Shown: one piece after another, positions 48,489-61,545 of the stretch
Layout of the letters: each line of letters starts with the position of its first letter
How positions within the stretch are numbered: the stretch's first letter is position 1
Source: Psammoneis japonica
Lineage: Eukaryota
Length of the DNA: 64,000 bases
NCBI GenBank assembly: GCA_008632985.1
Contig: QPGO01000196.1
Span: forward strand, 1 to 64,000
Direction: 5' to 3'
Translations under genes and position numbers: made by a program
The notes under the pieces: generated by a model
What the model saw: the letters and a program-made list of their open reading frames with translations, nothing else
What the model was told of the DNA's origin: nothing
Database searches by the model: none

Positions 48489-48977
48489 GTCACAGTGAAA
48501 AAAACCAAGACAAGTTTGTTCCAGCAACTGCTGTCACTTGGAGAATGTTCGGGCAAATACTTGAGTTTTGTAGAAATTCCGAAGGCCCTGGTGCAAAACA
48601 ACCATAAAACGAGACGTGAGAAGCAACCAGAAAAATACACTACGCGCACTGTGACGCGTAAAAAAAACACGATAAATCAACTTGCCGAATTCGAAACGAG
48701 AGAATACGCAGAGAATTCGCAGAGATGGTGTTATCCGCAATAACAGCAACTCTTTAGAGCCGCAATCGTATTGCGATAACAATGACATAACTTTGAAATG
48801 AAAGGAACAGACGGTTCCATACAACCATAAGGGTAAAGAGGGGGGTTGTGGAGTGGTGACAGCGGTGTGCTGTGTTATGGCTGGTGTGTGTTGGGTGGAC
48901 GGCACGTGTTTGTAGAAGTCAGTATTTTGTTCTACGCATCGCCAGAAAAACATTAAATGCCAACTGACACGATTCTT

Positions 48978-49162
48978 TGAATAAATGCTACCATGATAGC
49001 TAAGAATTGGGTGCAAGACAAGACAGAGTGTTGAACAGCATCAACAGGTTCTAGAATTGTGAGATGTTACGCTACCGGGGGCCACTAAATAAGCAACAGT
49101 GGACCAATCACCAATAGTGCATAAACTGCCTGTATTCATGACAGCATATCAGCATTTATTCA
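48978..49162 (-). mobile_element. Copia-B 3' LTR (185 bp)
   Basis: Bounded by a 12-bp inverted repeat (TGAATAAATGCT/AGCATTTATTCA), with a minus-strand PPT gaggggac adjacent. No partner LTR in the window. Confidence 0.7.
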
Positions 49163-49313
49163 GTCCCCTCGAACTGACACTAGCTCCGCTCGGGCCAGAT
49201 CGACAGACAAATGCAACCTGATGCTGCCCTGTTCCAGGGTAGTGTTTTCATTTTGGGGATGGGAAAAGCCGCACCTACGCGGCAAACCCATTCGGTTTGT
49301 CCCCTTTTGGGAC

Positions 49314-52300
49314 TCACCATAGGATGTGACTTATGATTTCCTGGAGCTTTGGTCCAGGCAACAACTTAGTTAGTACGTCTGCTAAATTCGTGCATCCATC
49401 TTCCCATGCAATGCGCACTGTTCCAGCGGCTTGTGCCTCACAAGTCCTGTGATAGGCAATTGCATTGTGCTTCTTCTTTGAAGTAGACTCTGGTTTAGTT
49501 GAGTTCTTGAAAACAGCCTCATTGTCGCAGAGAACGTTAGTGGCCCCATCCATGGGGATTCCGAGCATCCGAAGCTTGTAACGCAAGGCTTCAATTTGCT
49601 CCACTGCGGTCTTCATTGCCACGAACTCTGACCCAAAAGTAGAGGACTCTATGGTGTTCTGCCGCTTAGAGCAATGCAAGATGGGCGCTCGTTGGATGAA
49701 CATCAGGATCCCAGCATGGGACCTGCGTGTCACACGGCATCCGGCGTGATCAGCATCGACAAAGCAAGTGGTGGTCACGCTATTCCCGCGTGCCTCCGGC
49801 ACATTCGGCGGCATTGGTTCAGCCATGCCAGGGTGCACATTCGGCGGCATTGGTTCAGCCATGCCAGGGCAACATTCTTCCCAATCGCACTTGGTAAAAC
49901 AACTCTCATCAAAGACAGGCTCAGTGTCGTCGAACACTAGTGCAGACTTAGAGTGAGCCTTCAATCATGCAAAGATGTGGAGCACCTCGTCCAGGTGTCC
50001 AACTCGTGGTGCTGCTAAGTAGGAGGACACGAGCGAGGCAGCGACAAAAATGTCCACTCGCCCTAGTTCAACTACCCATCGTAGCACACCAATGAGGCCT
50101 TGGTAGCAGTTGGCCGTTTTGGCATTCAACTCGGGTGAACCGTCCAGTTCAGGCCTGTGTCCCGAGTTCAAGGGCATCGACGCCTTCATCGGAAGGCGCC
50201 TGTCAGTTTTCTTAAGCTCTAATTCAACATCAGCTAATGCTCTTTTGACACAAAGGTCAGAGGACATAGCCCAGCGTGTCTTACCGTCCGAGTCAGACAG
50301 CTGGCACTTTCTGATCTGGGCGCCTAAGTGCTCTTCCGGCTCGCAGACACTTCCATCCTTGAGCATGTACCTAGAGCTCATATAATCCATGACCTTCTGA
50401 GGTTCATGGGAGACGCACAGCAAGTCTTCCACGTAGACAAGTACATGTTCCCAGCACTTGAAGCCATCCGGCTTAACCGCAGCTCACATCCAGACATCCG
50501 GGTCAGCCTTACAAGACTCAAACCCAGCATCACGCAAAGTGGCTGCCATGTGTTCCCTAAATCTTGCACCTGAAGACTTGAGACCATACAAGGCTCGGAC
50601 AATAATCACTGGCCTTCCCTCATTATGCTTCCCAAATTCCAGGCCAGCAGCAGTGTAACACTTCTCCTTAGTGTGTGCGTTCAAGCAGGCATTCTGAACG
50701 TCAGCACTCAGGACCTCCAGGTCATTCAGAGCTGATATAGTGAATGCTATCCTAATGCTGTCATGCGATGCCATGCTGGAATAAGTCGATTCCTTGGGTG
50801 GATCGGTTTGATGGCCTCCGGCCATGAACCTCGCTTTACATTGGAGGTGCTCTTGATGTCAAAGATCATGTGACAATCAATGTGTTTGTACCCGACCGGT
50901 GCAGTGTCGTCATCGCGGAATTCGAACGCAGGCATGACGTTGCGCATCTCCTTCTCGATAGCCTTGAACCAGAAGTCAGTCCCTGTTCTGTCATCTATCT
51001 CCACAGCTTCCTCAACAGATTTCGGGAGTTCAATTCCGAACTTATGCGTGCGTTTCCAGTAACGCGACTTGACTTTCTTCAGGATCCTTGACCTGCGACG
51101 CAAGACGTCTCGGACCCACCAGTTAAAAGCTGGTTCACTAGCTACCTTGTTCGCTGCAGCGTACTCAGCAACCTCGACTGGATTGGATTCCTTCAAATCC
51201 TTGAGGGGAACCCAGGATATAGTCCCATCCTTCCATTCGACTTGTAGGTCCCAGCCTACGGTCGTCCTCCTAGGAGCACGCCTGCCAGTCTTAGTCGTCA
51301 TGTATCCGTCATCAGCCGTTATGGCACAGGCATCACGTCGGTGATCGACTGTCTCTTTCATAATCTGGTGGGCATTCCCTTCAGAGTCTATCTGAGCGAA
51401 TAGGTTCTCTGCAATTACGTCAGCAGTGTGGGAATCAGTGGATCCATCAGGAAACTCCACATCACATGTCCTCGAGTCTAGGACAGGGTTGTTATTCCCA
51501 GTGCCAATGGGAACCCCGTCGCTATCCCGTTTGCATGCAATGACCCTAGCATGAGTCAGCTCGCCTCCACGTGGTAACATGACTTGAGCTGTGAGGCATT
51601 CATCTAGCCCCTCCGGGGCACACTCATCAGCTTCCGGTTTGGAAGCGCCGGGTTCCACGGGTTCAACGGCATCATCCCATTCGTCCATGAAGTCATCAGG
51701 GAGTTCAGGGAAGTCAGCATTGGCACCCTGTTCCGGGATGTTAAGCCGTTTGATCAAAGCCTGATTGACTGATGCAAGATCTGTTTGGATCGCCCCGGAG
51801 TTTTAAGGTCATCCTCCGGCATGGCCCATGCATCTTTCTGAATGATGGGTCTGCCTGATTCGGGCAGGATAATAAATGCCATATCATCAGTGCAGTTGTC
51901 AGCCACTCTGAGCCAATGGCCGATGCACTTCTTCTCGTGTGGGAACTCCACCACAGGCATGTAGTAACAGACAGGTTGATGCCAATCAAAGAGAGAGAGG
52001 GACGAAATATCAGGTGTTGAACCTGTCACCTCTTCTTCTGGGACTCGTCCTCCCATGTCCGACATGCCATTCGCAATCATGCATCGGATGTCACATGTCC
52101 ATTTGGCACTATAGGACCAAAGTCGCCAGTGAGCACCAGTCCGGCACAGAGTCACGCGGACTCTCTTCTTCAACTCATGAATGGATGCCTCGGCTAGGTT
52201 CTGCCAGGGGCTGAATGGGGTGGACACCTCCTGGTGTATCCTGTATTCCTTGCAAATCTCCTTGGTCTGGCCATCCGCCATTTCCAGCGCGCCATCCGAC

Positions 52301-52651
52301 ACAAGGACTTGTGGTGCACCAACGTCATGTGTGAATGACATGACGGTGTTTGGGTGGTCCTGTTTCCTCTTCCAAGGATAGAACCTGTCATGCCCTCTTC
52401 CTTTGGCAAACACACTTCCTCCTATCTCGCCATGCATTGATTTAACCTTCAAAAACATCTGGTCAGAGTAGAAGCGTCCCTTGACAGCAGGGAACTTAAG
52501 CCGCGGGGCTTTCTTCCAGACTTTCCGTTCGGATGGTGTGTAGACATTACAGACCCCTGCCTGGGTCGTCACTCTAAGGGTGTTCTTAGCGGCCGTCAGG
52601 CCAATGTTCCACCTTTTAGAGAGCATCTCGGGTGTGACAGTCGATGCATGA
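49314..52651 (-). pseudogene. Copia-B pol (IN-RT-RH), fragmented
   Basis: LVSDGA, PWQNLAE, RALYGLKSSGA, KADPDVWM, FVDADHAG, SSTFGSEF, CDNEAV, NLADVLTK. A 36-bp tandem duplication at ~49799-49870. Confidence 0.92.
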
Positions 52652-55600
52652 TGACAGGATTTGAACAGGATTTGGATGCGCGCGAAGCATCGCGCGCTGT
52701 TTAGTTTACCGTGCACAGTTTTGTGTGCTTTAGTTCCGCGCGTTCACGCGCGATGTAGTTTGCTTTCGAGCCACAAGGCTCACAAGAATAATAACAGTAG
52801 CCCGATTATACCGACTTACACGTCTTTCGGCTCCTGTAACGGTCTCTGAGCGGAGACTCATCTGCTATTTAGACAGCAGTAAGGAGTTATTGTTTGAATT
52901 CTTGCCATTTGCCTTCATTTTCTTCAGATTAACAGTCTTGCTCATTGTCAACCCATTGAGCAACCGCCATCGTCGTCGTTGATTTACCAACGACGCTATT
53001 TCAATTCTACGTGGACCTCCGTATATATTCTACATACATCGGCAAGTCTACGCGCATTCAATACCAGGGCATCGGCAGGAAGTTAACGTCACCGTCAAGT
53101 CTCCTTACCGCTGGATATCTGGATTGATTATACTACCTTTGATCGCTGAAGACATACATTCAACGGTCATATCCAAGTCTATCCTTGATCCTCATCCCTT
53201 GATATACCTATTCATCGGTTAACGGTCAAGAACCCTACATATTCAAGGATCTTCGTCGCTGAAGACATATATATATATACATATCTTCACGGCCAAGAAC
53301 CTGTACCCACTCTTCGGACTACGGTTTTGCTACCACTCTACAAGCACACCGAGTCCATTGTACCTGATCTACCCCGGACTACTGGTGCTCTACAGTTCTA
53401 CTAGGTCCACGAGGACGACTGTGAGAGCAAGTAGCCGTGATTACAGCCTACGTTGGGGCGAGGGTGCTTTCCCGCGTTTGTTCGTTCGTCCACAGCGCCT
53501 AACGCCTACGTCAACTGGCCAGCCTGATCGGGAAATCCAACCAAATATAAAATAAGAACGGTTCGGGGGTCTTGTCCACCTCTAGTCAGCTTACCTGCAG
53601 GGGTTTACAACCCGCTACTCCGCTCGTGAGCAACCCAAAGCGCCACTAGCTGCGGGTTCGGACGTGCCGGCACAACTCTACGGACCGGATAGGAAGTTTA
53701 GCACTTAACAACGAACGGGATAACAAAGCCCGGCGACTTCTGATTTTAAGATAGTTCAAGATTTCAAGTCAAGTCTATTTCAAGTCAAGTCTATTCTCAC
53801 CCAAGTTTCGAGTCTACCTTCTCTTCCCAACCAGAATTGATTGTCCTGACACCACTTTTGTCTACCATGGTTCTCACTCGTCAGCAACAAACCGATGGTT
53901 TCGAGCACGTTGTTGGAACCGTGCTTGCCCAAGGTGCTGGGAGTCCTCTTCGTTTGGCTTTGGCCCAAGACGGCACGGACTCGTATCAGGAACTATTCAC
54001 GTTCATACCGTCCCAAATCGACTCGCTTGAGTACGACAACGGCACTAATATAATCCCTTTGCCCCGTGGTTATAAGAACATGTTAGCAGCACTAGTCAGT
54101 CTGTACATTGTCAAAGCACACAAAGGTCTTGACGTTGCCAACGACTCCTCTTTGTTCACGCATGACGAGTTCCTTGCCTACCGCCTCAGCCCCGACTACA
54201 TGTCTTCTGTGTCCATCGGCAGCTCACCCCTTGCACCTCCACATGTCACCAACCCGACCAAGGCACGCGACCCGGTGCGGGACTTCAAGCGAGGCATCAA
54301 GCGTGATCCCACCGCTTTCACGGCTCTCAAATCCGACAAGCAGTGGCACACTTGGCACACCTCACTTGTGGCACAAGCCCGTGCCCAAGACGTCGAGTGC
54401 ATTCTAGACTCGTCGTACAAACCGACCAGCCCCGAAGACAAACTGCTCTTTGCTGAACAGCAAAAGTACATGTTCGCCGTCTTCGAACGCATCCTTCTCA
54501 CCGACAAGGGCAAGGCTCTCATTCGCGAAAATGTGGGGTCTTCTGACGCACAGACCGTCTACCGCTCCTTGTCTGAGTACGCGCTTGCCTCCACCCGCGC
54601 ATCTATCGAGTCCTCCACCCTGCTCACGTACCTGACCACCGCGCGTCTTGGTGATGGCACTTGGAAAGGTCCGACCCACGGGTTCATCCTTCATTGGCAA
54701 GACCAGTTGCGCAAGTACGAGGCACTCATCCCGGCCAGTGACCACTTCTCTGAAGGACAGAAGCGCGTCATGCTCGAGAATGCCGTGCACCCTGTCGAGG
54801 AACTCCGTGCTGTCAAGAACCAAGCTGATCAGCATCGTACGCAGAGTGGCAAGAGCCTCACATACGATCAATACTGTGGCTTGCTCCTCTCCGCGGCAGC
54901 TCAGTACGACAGCACGTTTCAACCCAAGACGACACCTCGAGCTCCCCGACGCGCCATATACGCACATGACGTCTACTCCGAGGAACCGTCCGACGATGTG
55001 TTCTACGACATTGACAGCGACGTTGACGTCCTTCAGGCCAATGCTGCCTGCACCCGCGGTCCCAGCCTCACCGGTGTCCAATGGAGACGTCTCCCTCCCG
55101 ACCACCAACGGCTCTGGGATTCGTTGCCCGATTCCTCCAAGGCGATCATCCTTGAGCATTCTCGTCCACCTCCCCGCAACCCGCGAGCCAGCAACTACCA
55201 TGAGTCTGTTACGGCCAACCTTCACGACCAACGCCTTGGGAGTGACGGTGATGTCAACTTGTCCAACACGACTCCTGCTGACTATGGTGACTCCGCTGCA
55301 CATGTGGACGCCATTTCGGATAATCCTATCCTGGCGCACCTCACCAAGCGCAAGCCACTGCCACCCGGTGATCTGCAACGTCTGTTGTCTCCTAACCAAG
55401 CCCCCAATGCCAGTCGACCGGGGCCATCCGCCGCTTCCTCTACCCCGCCAGCTTCTGCAGATGACATAGAACTTAACGGCCGCACTTACCGCCGCGTTAA
55501 CAACCACAATGTCATTTACTCTGCCTCTGCTCATCGCTCCACACGCACTGGCGCTCTAGTCGATCGTGGGGCCAACGGCGGCATTGCTGGCGACGACGTC

Positions 55601-58600
55601 CGCGTCATCGCACGCACCTCTCGCCAAGTCGACGTTCAGGGCATTGACGATCATCAATTGGTGGACATCCCCATTGTCACCGCTGGTGCCGTCATTGAGA
55701 CCCAGCGTGGTCCCGTCATCGCCATCCTCCATCAGTACGCATACACGGGAAAGGGCAAGACCATCCATTCCTGCGGCCAGCTCGAATGGTACAAACAGGA
55801 TGTCAACGATCGCTCTGTCAAGGTGCCCAACGGCTTGCAACGTATTGCCACTCCTGATGGCTATGTCATCCCCATTGACATCAAGGCTGGCCTGCCTTAT
55901 GTTGCCATGCGACCTTACACTGACGCCGAATGGGACACCCTGCCCCACGTCATCCTCACCGGTGATGACACATGGGACCCTTCCGTCCTCGATCACTCTG
56001 TCACTGACGATGACCAGTGGTACGACGCGATCTCTGACCTACAGGACGATCCCACTGCCAACCTATTTGACGAATACGGCAACTACCGTCACCGTGTCGT
56101 TGTCAACGAGACCATCTTGTCCGCTTCCTTGTCTGCCGATCACGCGTCCGCCCTCGATGATCACCTCATTCCGAACGACGACGTGTTCTACGAGTGTCAT
56201 CTGCATGCGATTGACCCCAAGGGCGATGACGTTCCACCTCCGGAGCGCACTGTACAGCCCAAGGACCCCCCCTTCGAGTCTCTTCGGCCTTACTTTGGCT
56301 TCCTACCTACCGATACGGTCCGTCGTACTTTTGACTGCACCACGCAGTACGCCCGCATGCCCGCCGGTACACACCTTCGCAAGGCCTTCAAATCACCCAA
56401 CCCCGCCCTTAATGTGCACCGCCGCAACGAGCCTATCGCCACTGACACCGTTTATGCCGACACCCCGGCCGTCGACTCTGGTTGCACCAGCGCCCAACTG
56501 TTTGTTGGCACCGAGTCTACCGTCACTGACGTCTACGGCACTAAGACGGACAAAGAGTTTGTCAACACACTCGAGGATCAGATCCGTGAACGTGGTGCCC
56601 CATCCAAACTCATTAGCGACCGTGCTCAAGTTGAGATCAGCAACAAAGTGCTCGGGATCCTACGCGCCCTCTTCATCTCCAGCTGGCAAAGTGAGCCTCA
56701 CCAGCAACACCAAAACTTTGCCGAGCGTCGATACCAGACCGTGAAGCGCATGGCGAACACTGTCATGGACCGTTTCGGTTCGCCCGCCCACACATGGCTG
56801 CTGGCGCTCATGTACGTGTGCTTCATACTCAACCATACAGCGTCCCCACGTCTCCACTGGCGCACGCCCCTCGAGACTCTCACTGGATCCACCCCGGACA
56901 TCAGCCCATTGCTTCGCTTTCACTGGTGGGAACCAGTGTACTTCCACCTCGATGACTCCGATTGGCCGTCCGAATCTCGTGAGTTGCGTGGACGCTTCGT
57001 TGGCATTGCTGAGCACGTCGGCCACCAGATGACCTTCAAGATTCTATCTGACGAGACTCAGAAGATCCTCTACCGGTCCAACGTTCGCTCCGCCACCCCG
57101 ATCCTGCCGTTCGAAACCTGCGTCTTGATCCTCCTGATGGGGAGCCACCTGACCCATCATCAAATCTCGCCATGACGACAACCCCGTCGATTCTCCTGAT
57201 GGGGAGATCAGGACACCCAAGATGCCAGTTTTCGATCCGCAAGACATCATTGGACGTACCTTCCTCATGCAGCCACAAGAGGACGGACAACGCCACAGAG
57301 CTCGTATCGTCAAGGCCGTCGAAGACCACGAATGGAAAGTGAACGGCAATCCCGAGCTCACTAAGTTCGTCTGCTCTGTCAACAATGACGAATACGAGGA
57401 AGTCCTTGCCTACAATGACATCATGAATCACATTGAGCAAGAAGACGAAGACACCACTATTTGGAAATTTCGACGCATCGTGTCACACGAAGGCCTCTGA
57501 AGCCTCACGACCCAACCTGGAAAGGCTCAAGCTACAACATCATGCTTGAATGGGAAAGTGGGGAGATCACGTCCGAGCCTCTTGCCATCATCGCCAAGGA
57601 CGACCCCGTCACCTGTGCCATCTATGCACGAGAGAACGGACTCCTCGACACGGATGGATGGAAGCGGTTCCGCACCATCGCGAGGCGCCAAAAGAAGCTA
57701 TTTCGCATGGCCAACCAAGCCAAGCTTCGCTCCTTCCGCACTGCACCTCGCTACAAGTACGGATACGAAGTTCCCCGGAACTACAAACACGCCATGTCAC
57801 TAGACGAACGCAACGGCAACCGCAAGTGGGGAGACGCAACTAATCTCGAGATGGACCAACTCGACGAATACGAAGTCTTCCATGACTGCGGGCCCTTCAA
57901 GTCTTCCACTCCTCCTGCGGGACACAAGAAGATCCGAGTGCACCTGGTGTACGACGTGAAACACGACGGTCGCCACAAGGCACGACTCGTAGCCGACGGG
58001 CACCTCACGGACGTACCTTCGATAGTGTCTACTCCGGAGTAGTCTCCCTCGTGGCCTTCGGCTGATGATTTTCCTGGCCGAACTCAACGAGCTGGAGACA
58101 TGGGCCACCGACATTGGCAATGCCTACCTTGAAGCCACCACCAAGGAGAAGCTTTACATTGTAGCTGGACCCGAATTTGGCAAACTCGAAGGACACATCC
58201 TTGTCATCCACAAGGCACTGTATGGACTCCGCAGCTCCGGTCTCCGCTGGCACGAGCGCTTCGCCGACTGCCTGCGAGCTGAAGGCTTCTTCCCCTGCCG
58301 CGCCGAACCCGACATTTGGATGCGCAGGAACGGCGACCACTATGAACACATTGCCGTTTATGTGGATGACCTCGCCATTGCCATGAAGGACCCTCAATCT
58401 TTCGTCGACACTCTCACGGAAAAGTACAAGTTCAAGCTCAAGGGTACGGGACCCATTGAGTTCCATCTGGGTTGCGACTTTTCCCGGGACCCCGACGGCA
58501 CCTTGTGCCTGTCTCCGCGCAAGTACATCGAGCGCATGGTCGACAGCTACACCCGACTGTTTGGGGAGAAACCTACCACCAACGCCCTGTCACCTCTAGA

Positions 58601-59753
58601 GAAGGGTGACCACCCCGAACTGGACACTTCCGAACTGCTGGGACCCGATGGCATTCACAAGTTCCAGTCTCTTGTTGGTTCACTCCAATGGGCAGTGTCC
58701 CTTGGTCGAATTGACATTACCACGGCCGTCATGTCACTCTCTAGCTTCCGAGCTGCGCCCCGTCAAGGCCACTTGGATCGTGCCAAACGCGTCTGTGGGT
58801 ACCTCTCCAAGATGCGACACGGTGCTCTCCGCGTTCGCACGGAAGAGCCCGACTATTCGGATCTCCCTGCTCCGGCCTACGAATGGATGCATTCCGTGTA
58901 TGGTGAAGCAGAAGAGATGATCCCGAAGGACGCTCCACCGCCCCTTGGCAAGTTCGTCACTACCACCCACTACGTCGATGCAAACTTGTACCATTGCATG
59001 CTCACCGGACGCTCTGTCATGGGAATGCTCCACTTCCTCAACAAATTCCCGGCTGATTGGTTCTCCAAGAAACAAGCCACCGTGGAGACTGCAACCTACG
59101 GATCTGAATTTGTTGCCGCAAGGAATTGTGTTGAGCAGATTATCGACCTGCGCATCACCCTGCGCTACCTTGGCGTCCCGATCCGTAATGTCAGTTACAT
59201 GTTCGGTGACAACAAGTCGGTTGTAGACAGTGCCACCATCCCGCACTCCAAGTTACACAAGCGACACACCGCACTTCGTTCCACCGTGTGCGTGAGGCAA
59301 TTGCCTCTGGTTACCTTGAGTTCCACTTCATCGAAGGCTCCCGCAACCCTGCTGACATTCTCAGCAAGCATTGGGGTTACTCCCAAATCTGGGACCTTCT
59401 CCGACCCCTCATGTTCTGGAACTTCATTCCATCCGAAGTCGAATCTGTTTCTGTGGCTCCTCAAGCAAACTGGGGAGTGACAGGATTTGAACAGGATTTG
59501 GATGCGCGCGAAGCATCGCGCGCTGTTTAGTTTACCGTGCACAGTTTTGTGTGCTTTAGTTCCGCGCGTTCACGCGCGATGTAGTTTGCTTTCGAGCCAC
59601 AAGGCTCACAAGAATAATAACAGTAGCCCGATTACACCGACTTACACGTCTTTCGGCTCCTGTAACGGTCTCTGAGCGGAGACTCATCTGCTATTTAGAC
59701 AGCAGTAAGGAGTCATTGTTTGAATTCTTGCCATTTGCCTTCATTTTCTATCA
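52652..59753 (+). mobile_element. Copia-A copy 2, full length, nested in Copia-B
   Basis: Near-identical LTRs at 52652-52926 and 59478-59753. Flanks catga/gatga (4 of 5 TSD bases match). The host frame rejoins as LSTSS-H-ASTVTPE. Confidence 0.95.
53867..59530 (+). pseudogene. Copia-A2 Gag-Pol polyprotein with several 1-2-bp frameshifts
   Basis: Open from ATG 53867 to ~57095 (LVDRGANG protease, integrase), then fragments 57222-57500, 57461-58042, 58065-59480 and 59288-59530. Confidence 0.93.
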
Positions 59754-59758
59754 GATGA

Positions 59759-61545
59759 CTCGAGGTCGACAGTGCATGCACCCGTTTCCGCTCGGCACAA
59801 TCCGGGTGGACATCTGGGTCATGCCGGTCGTGTAGCCCGTCTCCCTCAATGTCGTTGTGGGAGACATTCACCTGAGCAACCAGGCGGTGATACAGAGAAT
59901 CGTCATCATTAGTGTCCATAATGACATTCTCGTCGTGATAGGACGTTTGATATGAATGAATTGAAGCGATGCACCTGGTCGCATTCATCATCGTAGCCTG
60001 TCCGTCAGACTGTACTGATCCTTGGCGTGCACTAGCACATGCATGCGCTTCCTCCTTTTGCGCCATGGCATCAGTAGAAGGCTCCCATTTCAGGGGTGAT
60101 GTGAGTTCCAGCTGGGGAAGGTTCTCCAGATCCTCCTTTGCTGGCTTGTGTGAGTCAAAGACTGAAGCAACACCTTGCATGCATGATGGCATCCTGATCT
60201 TCAAGTCAGGGAAAGCAATGGATAGAGTGTGTGCCATTGGGATCAAACTGGCAAGGGGTGTCGTGGACAGTCAGTCCATTCGCTCGCAGTTGGTTGGGAC
60301 ACAGTAGAGTGTTGGTCATCCTGTCCCCGAAAAACATAGCCTCATGGACTAACAGTGGGTGTGGTTGTCCATTAGTTGGATCAACCCACACGGCAGCAGC
60401 CGTGCAAATAGGAACATTTTTCATTGGTGCATGCTCTTCAGAGTAAGGGTGTACCACCACAGTTCTGTCGACATCAGAGTGAATTACAAAATTGGATCCA
60501 ACAGCCCACGTGTCAGCGTGCGAGTCCAAATCATTGGTTGCTTCACCATCTGAATGTCCAGCAGATGATAAAGAGATGTGTGTGTCCTTTGAGAATCGCC
60601 TGGATAAATGTATGGTGCCAGCAGGTTTAGCAACAGTCGGTTCTATACCTTTTAGTGCTGGCGCAACTATTCATTCCTCTTTCTGAGGTTTCTTGTGGGC
60701 GCTACATCCGAACTGGGTGCCTGCATTGGCGGCAGGTTTATCCGACTCTTTGGAGTCCTTTTGTTCATCAGCAGGTTTAGGTTCAGGCTCGGCAATAGCC
60801 ACCTTCTTAACAGTGCACGTTTTGGCATCGACCGACTCAGCCTCCGAGGACGCAGCTGCAGCTTTGTGTTTCTTCTCGGCTTTCTTGGCATCGCGGAGCT
60901 TCTTAACTTGCTCTTGCTCAGGACCGTCAAGAGCGTTCCACTCTTCAATGGGATAATGGCCTGCCCTGATCCTGGGCTTGTCCTTTTTAGGTTGGTGCTT
61001 GCCGCCAGGGTTTCCGCACCGGTTGTTGCGGCATTGGACGGACGCGATTCCACGAGTGTCAGCATTGCAGTTCTTAGCATTCTCTACCAGAGTCTTCATA
61101 TGCTGCTGGCATGCTTCGAAATCCGCTAGCTTCGTCGGGTCTCCATCCACTACACTCTTACCAGTTTCCAACCTAGGGTCGGAGATACCCTTGAGAAAGT
61201 CAGAGACCTTCTTGGTCTCGGCTACCGGTTCATCAAGCTCAGACAAGTCGTTGTGAGCCTTCTGATGGTGTTGAATGCACTGGTCGAAAGTAAATCTACC
61301 CCGTCCGGTGTACTTTGCGGTGGCAATCTGTGCATGAGCATGGTTCTTTTGGGTGGTGGCGGCAGCCGATCCTTCAGCCTGCCTCTTGAGAGCAAAGAAA
61401 GCAGTACGACCATCACAATTGCGATTGGAAGGTTTGACAAAAGCCCATCCGGGCCCCCCATCACCAACTTCTTCAAGAGATCATACAGGCATTGCCTGTC
61501 CTGCGCATGCTGAGCTCCTGCAAGTCGAGCAGTGGCAACAAGGTC
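59759..61545 (-). pseudogene. Copia-B gag and protease region, 5'-truncated
   Basis: DSHADT protease motif, TLLCPNQLRANG, gag VAETKKVSDFLKGISDPRLETGK. No 5' LTR follows; the right boundary is approximate. Confidence 0.85.

Larger units (their letters stand above)
27930..48977. mobile_element. Large DNA transposon, probably Sola2-like, with two convergent genes; right end not located
   Basis: Begins where Gypsy-C2 homology stops. Holds a plus-strand DDD transposase-like gene and a convergent minus-strand gene, and is interrupted by A3. No TIR partner or TSD was found, so both boundaries are approximate. Confidence 0.55.

Noticed and set aside
1162..61545. Classical fungal RIP or a variant genetic code as the cause of Tyr/Cys/His swaps
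   Set aside because: Conserved motifs show TA is ancestral, the opposite of RIP, and the changes also hit LTRs and TSDs and differ among copies.
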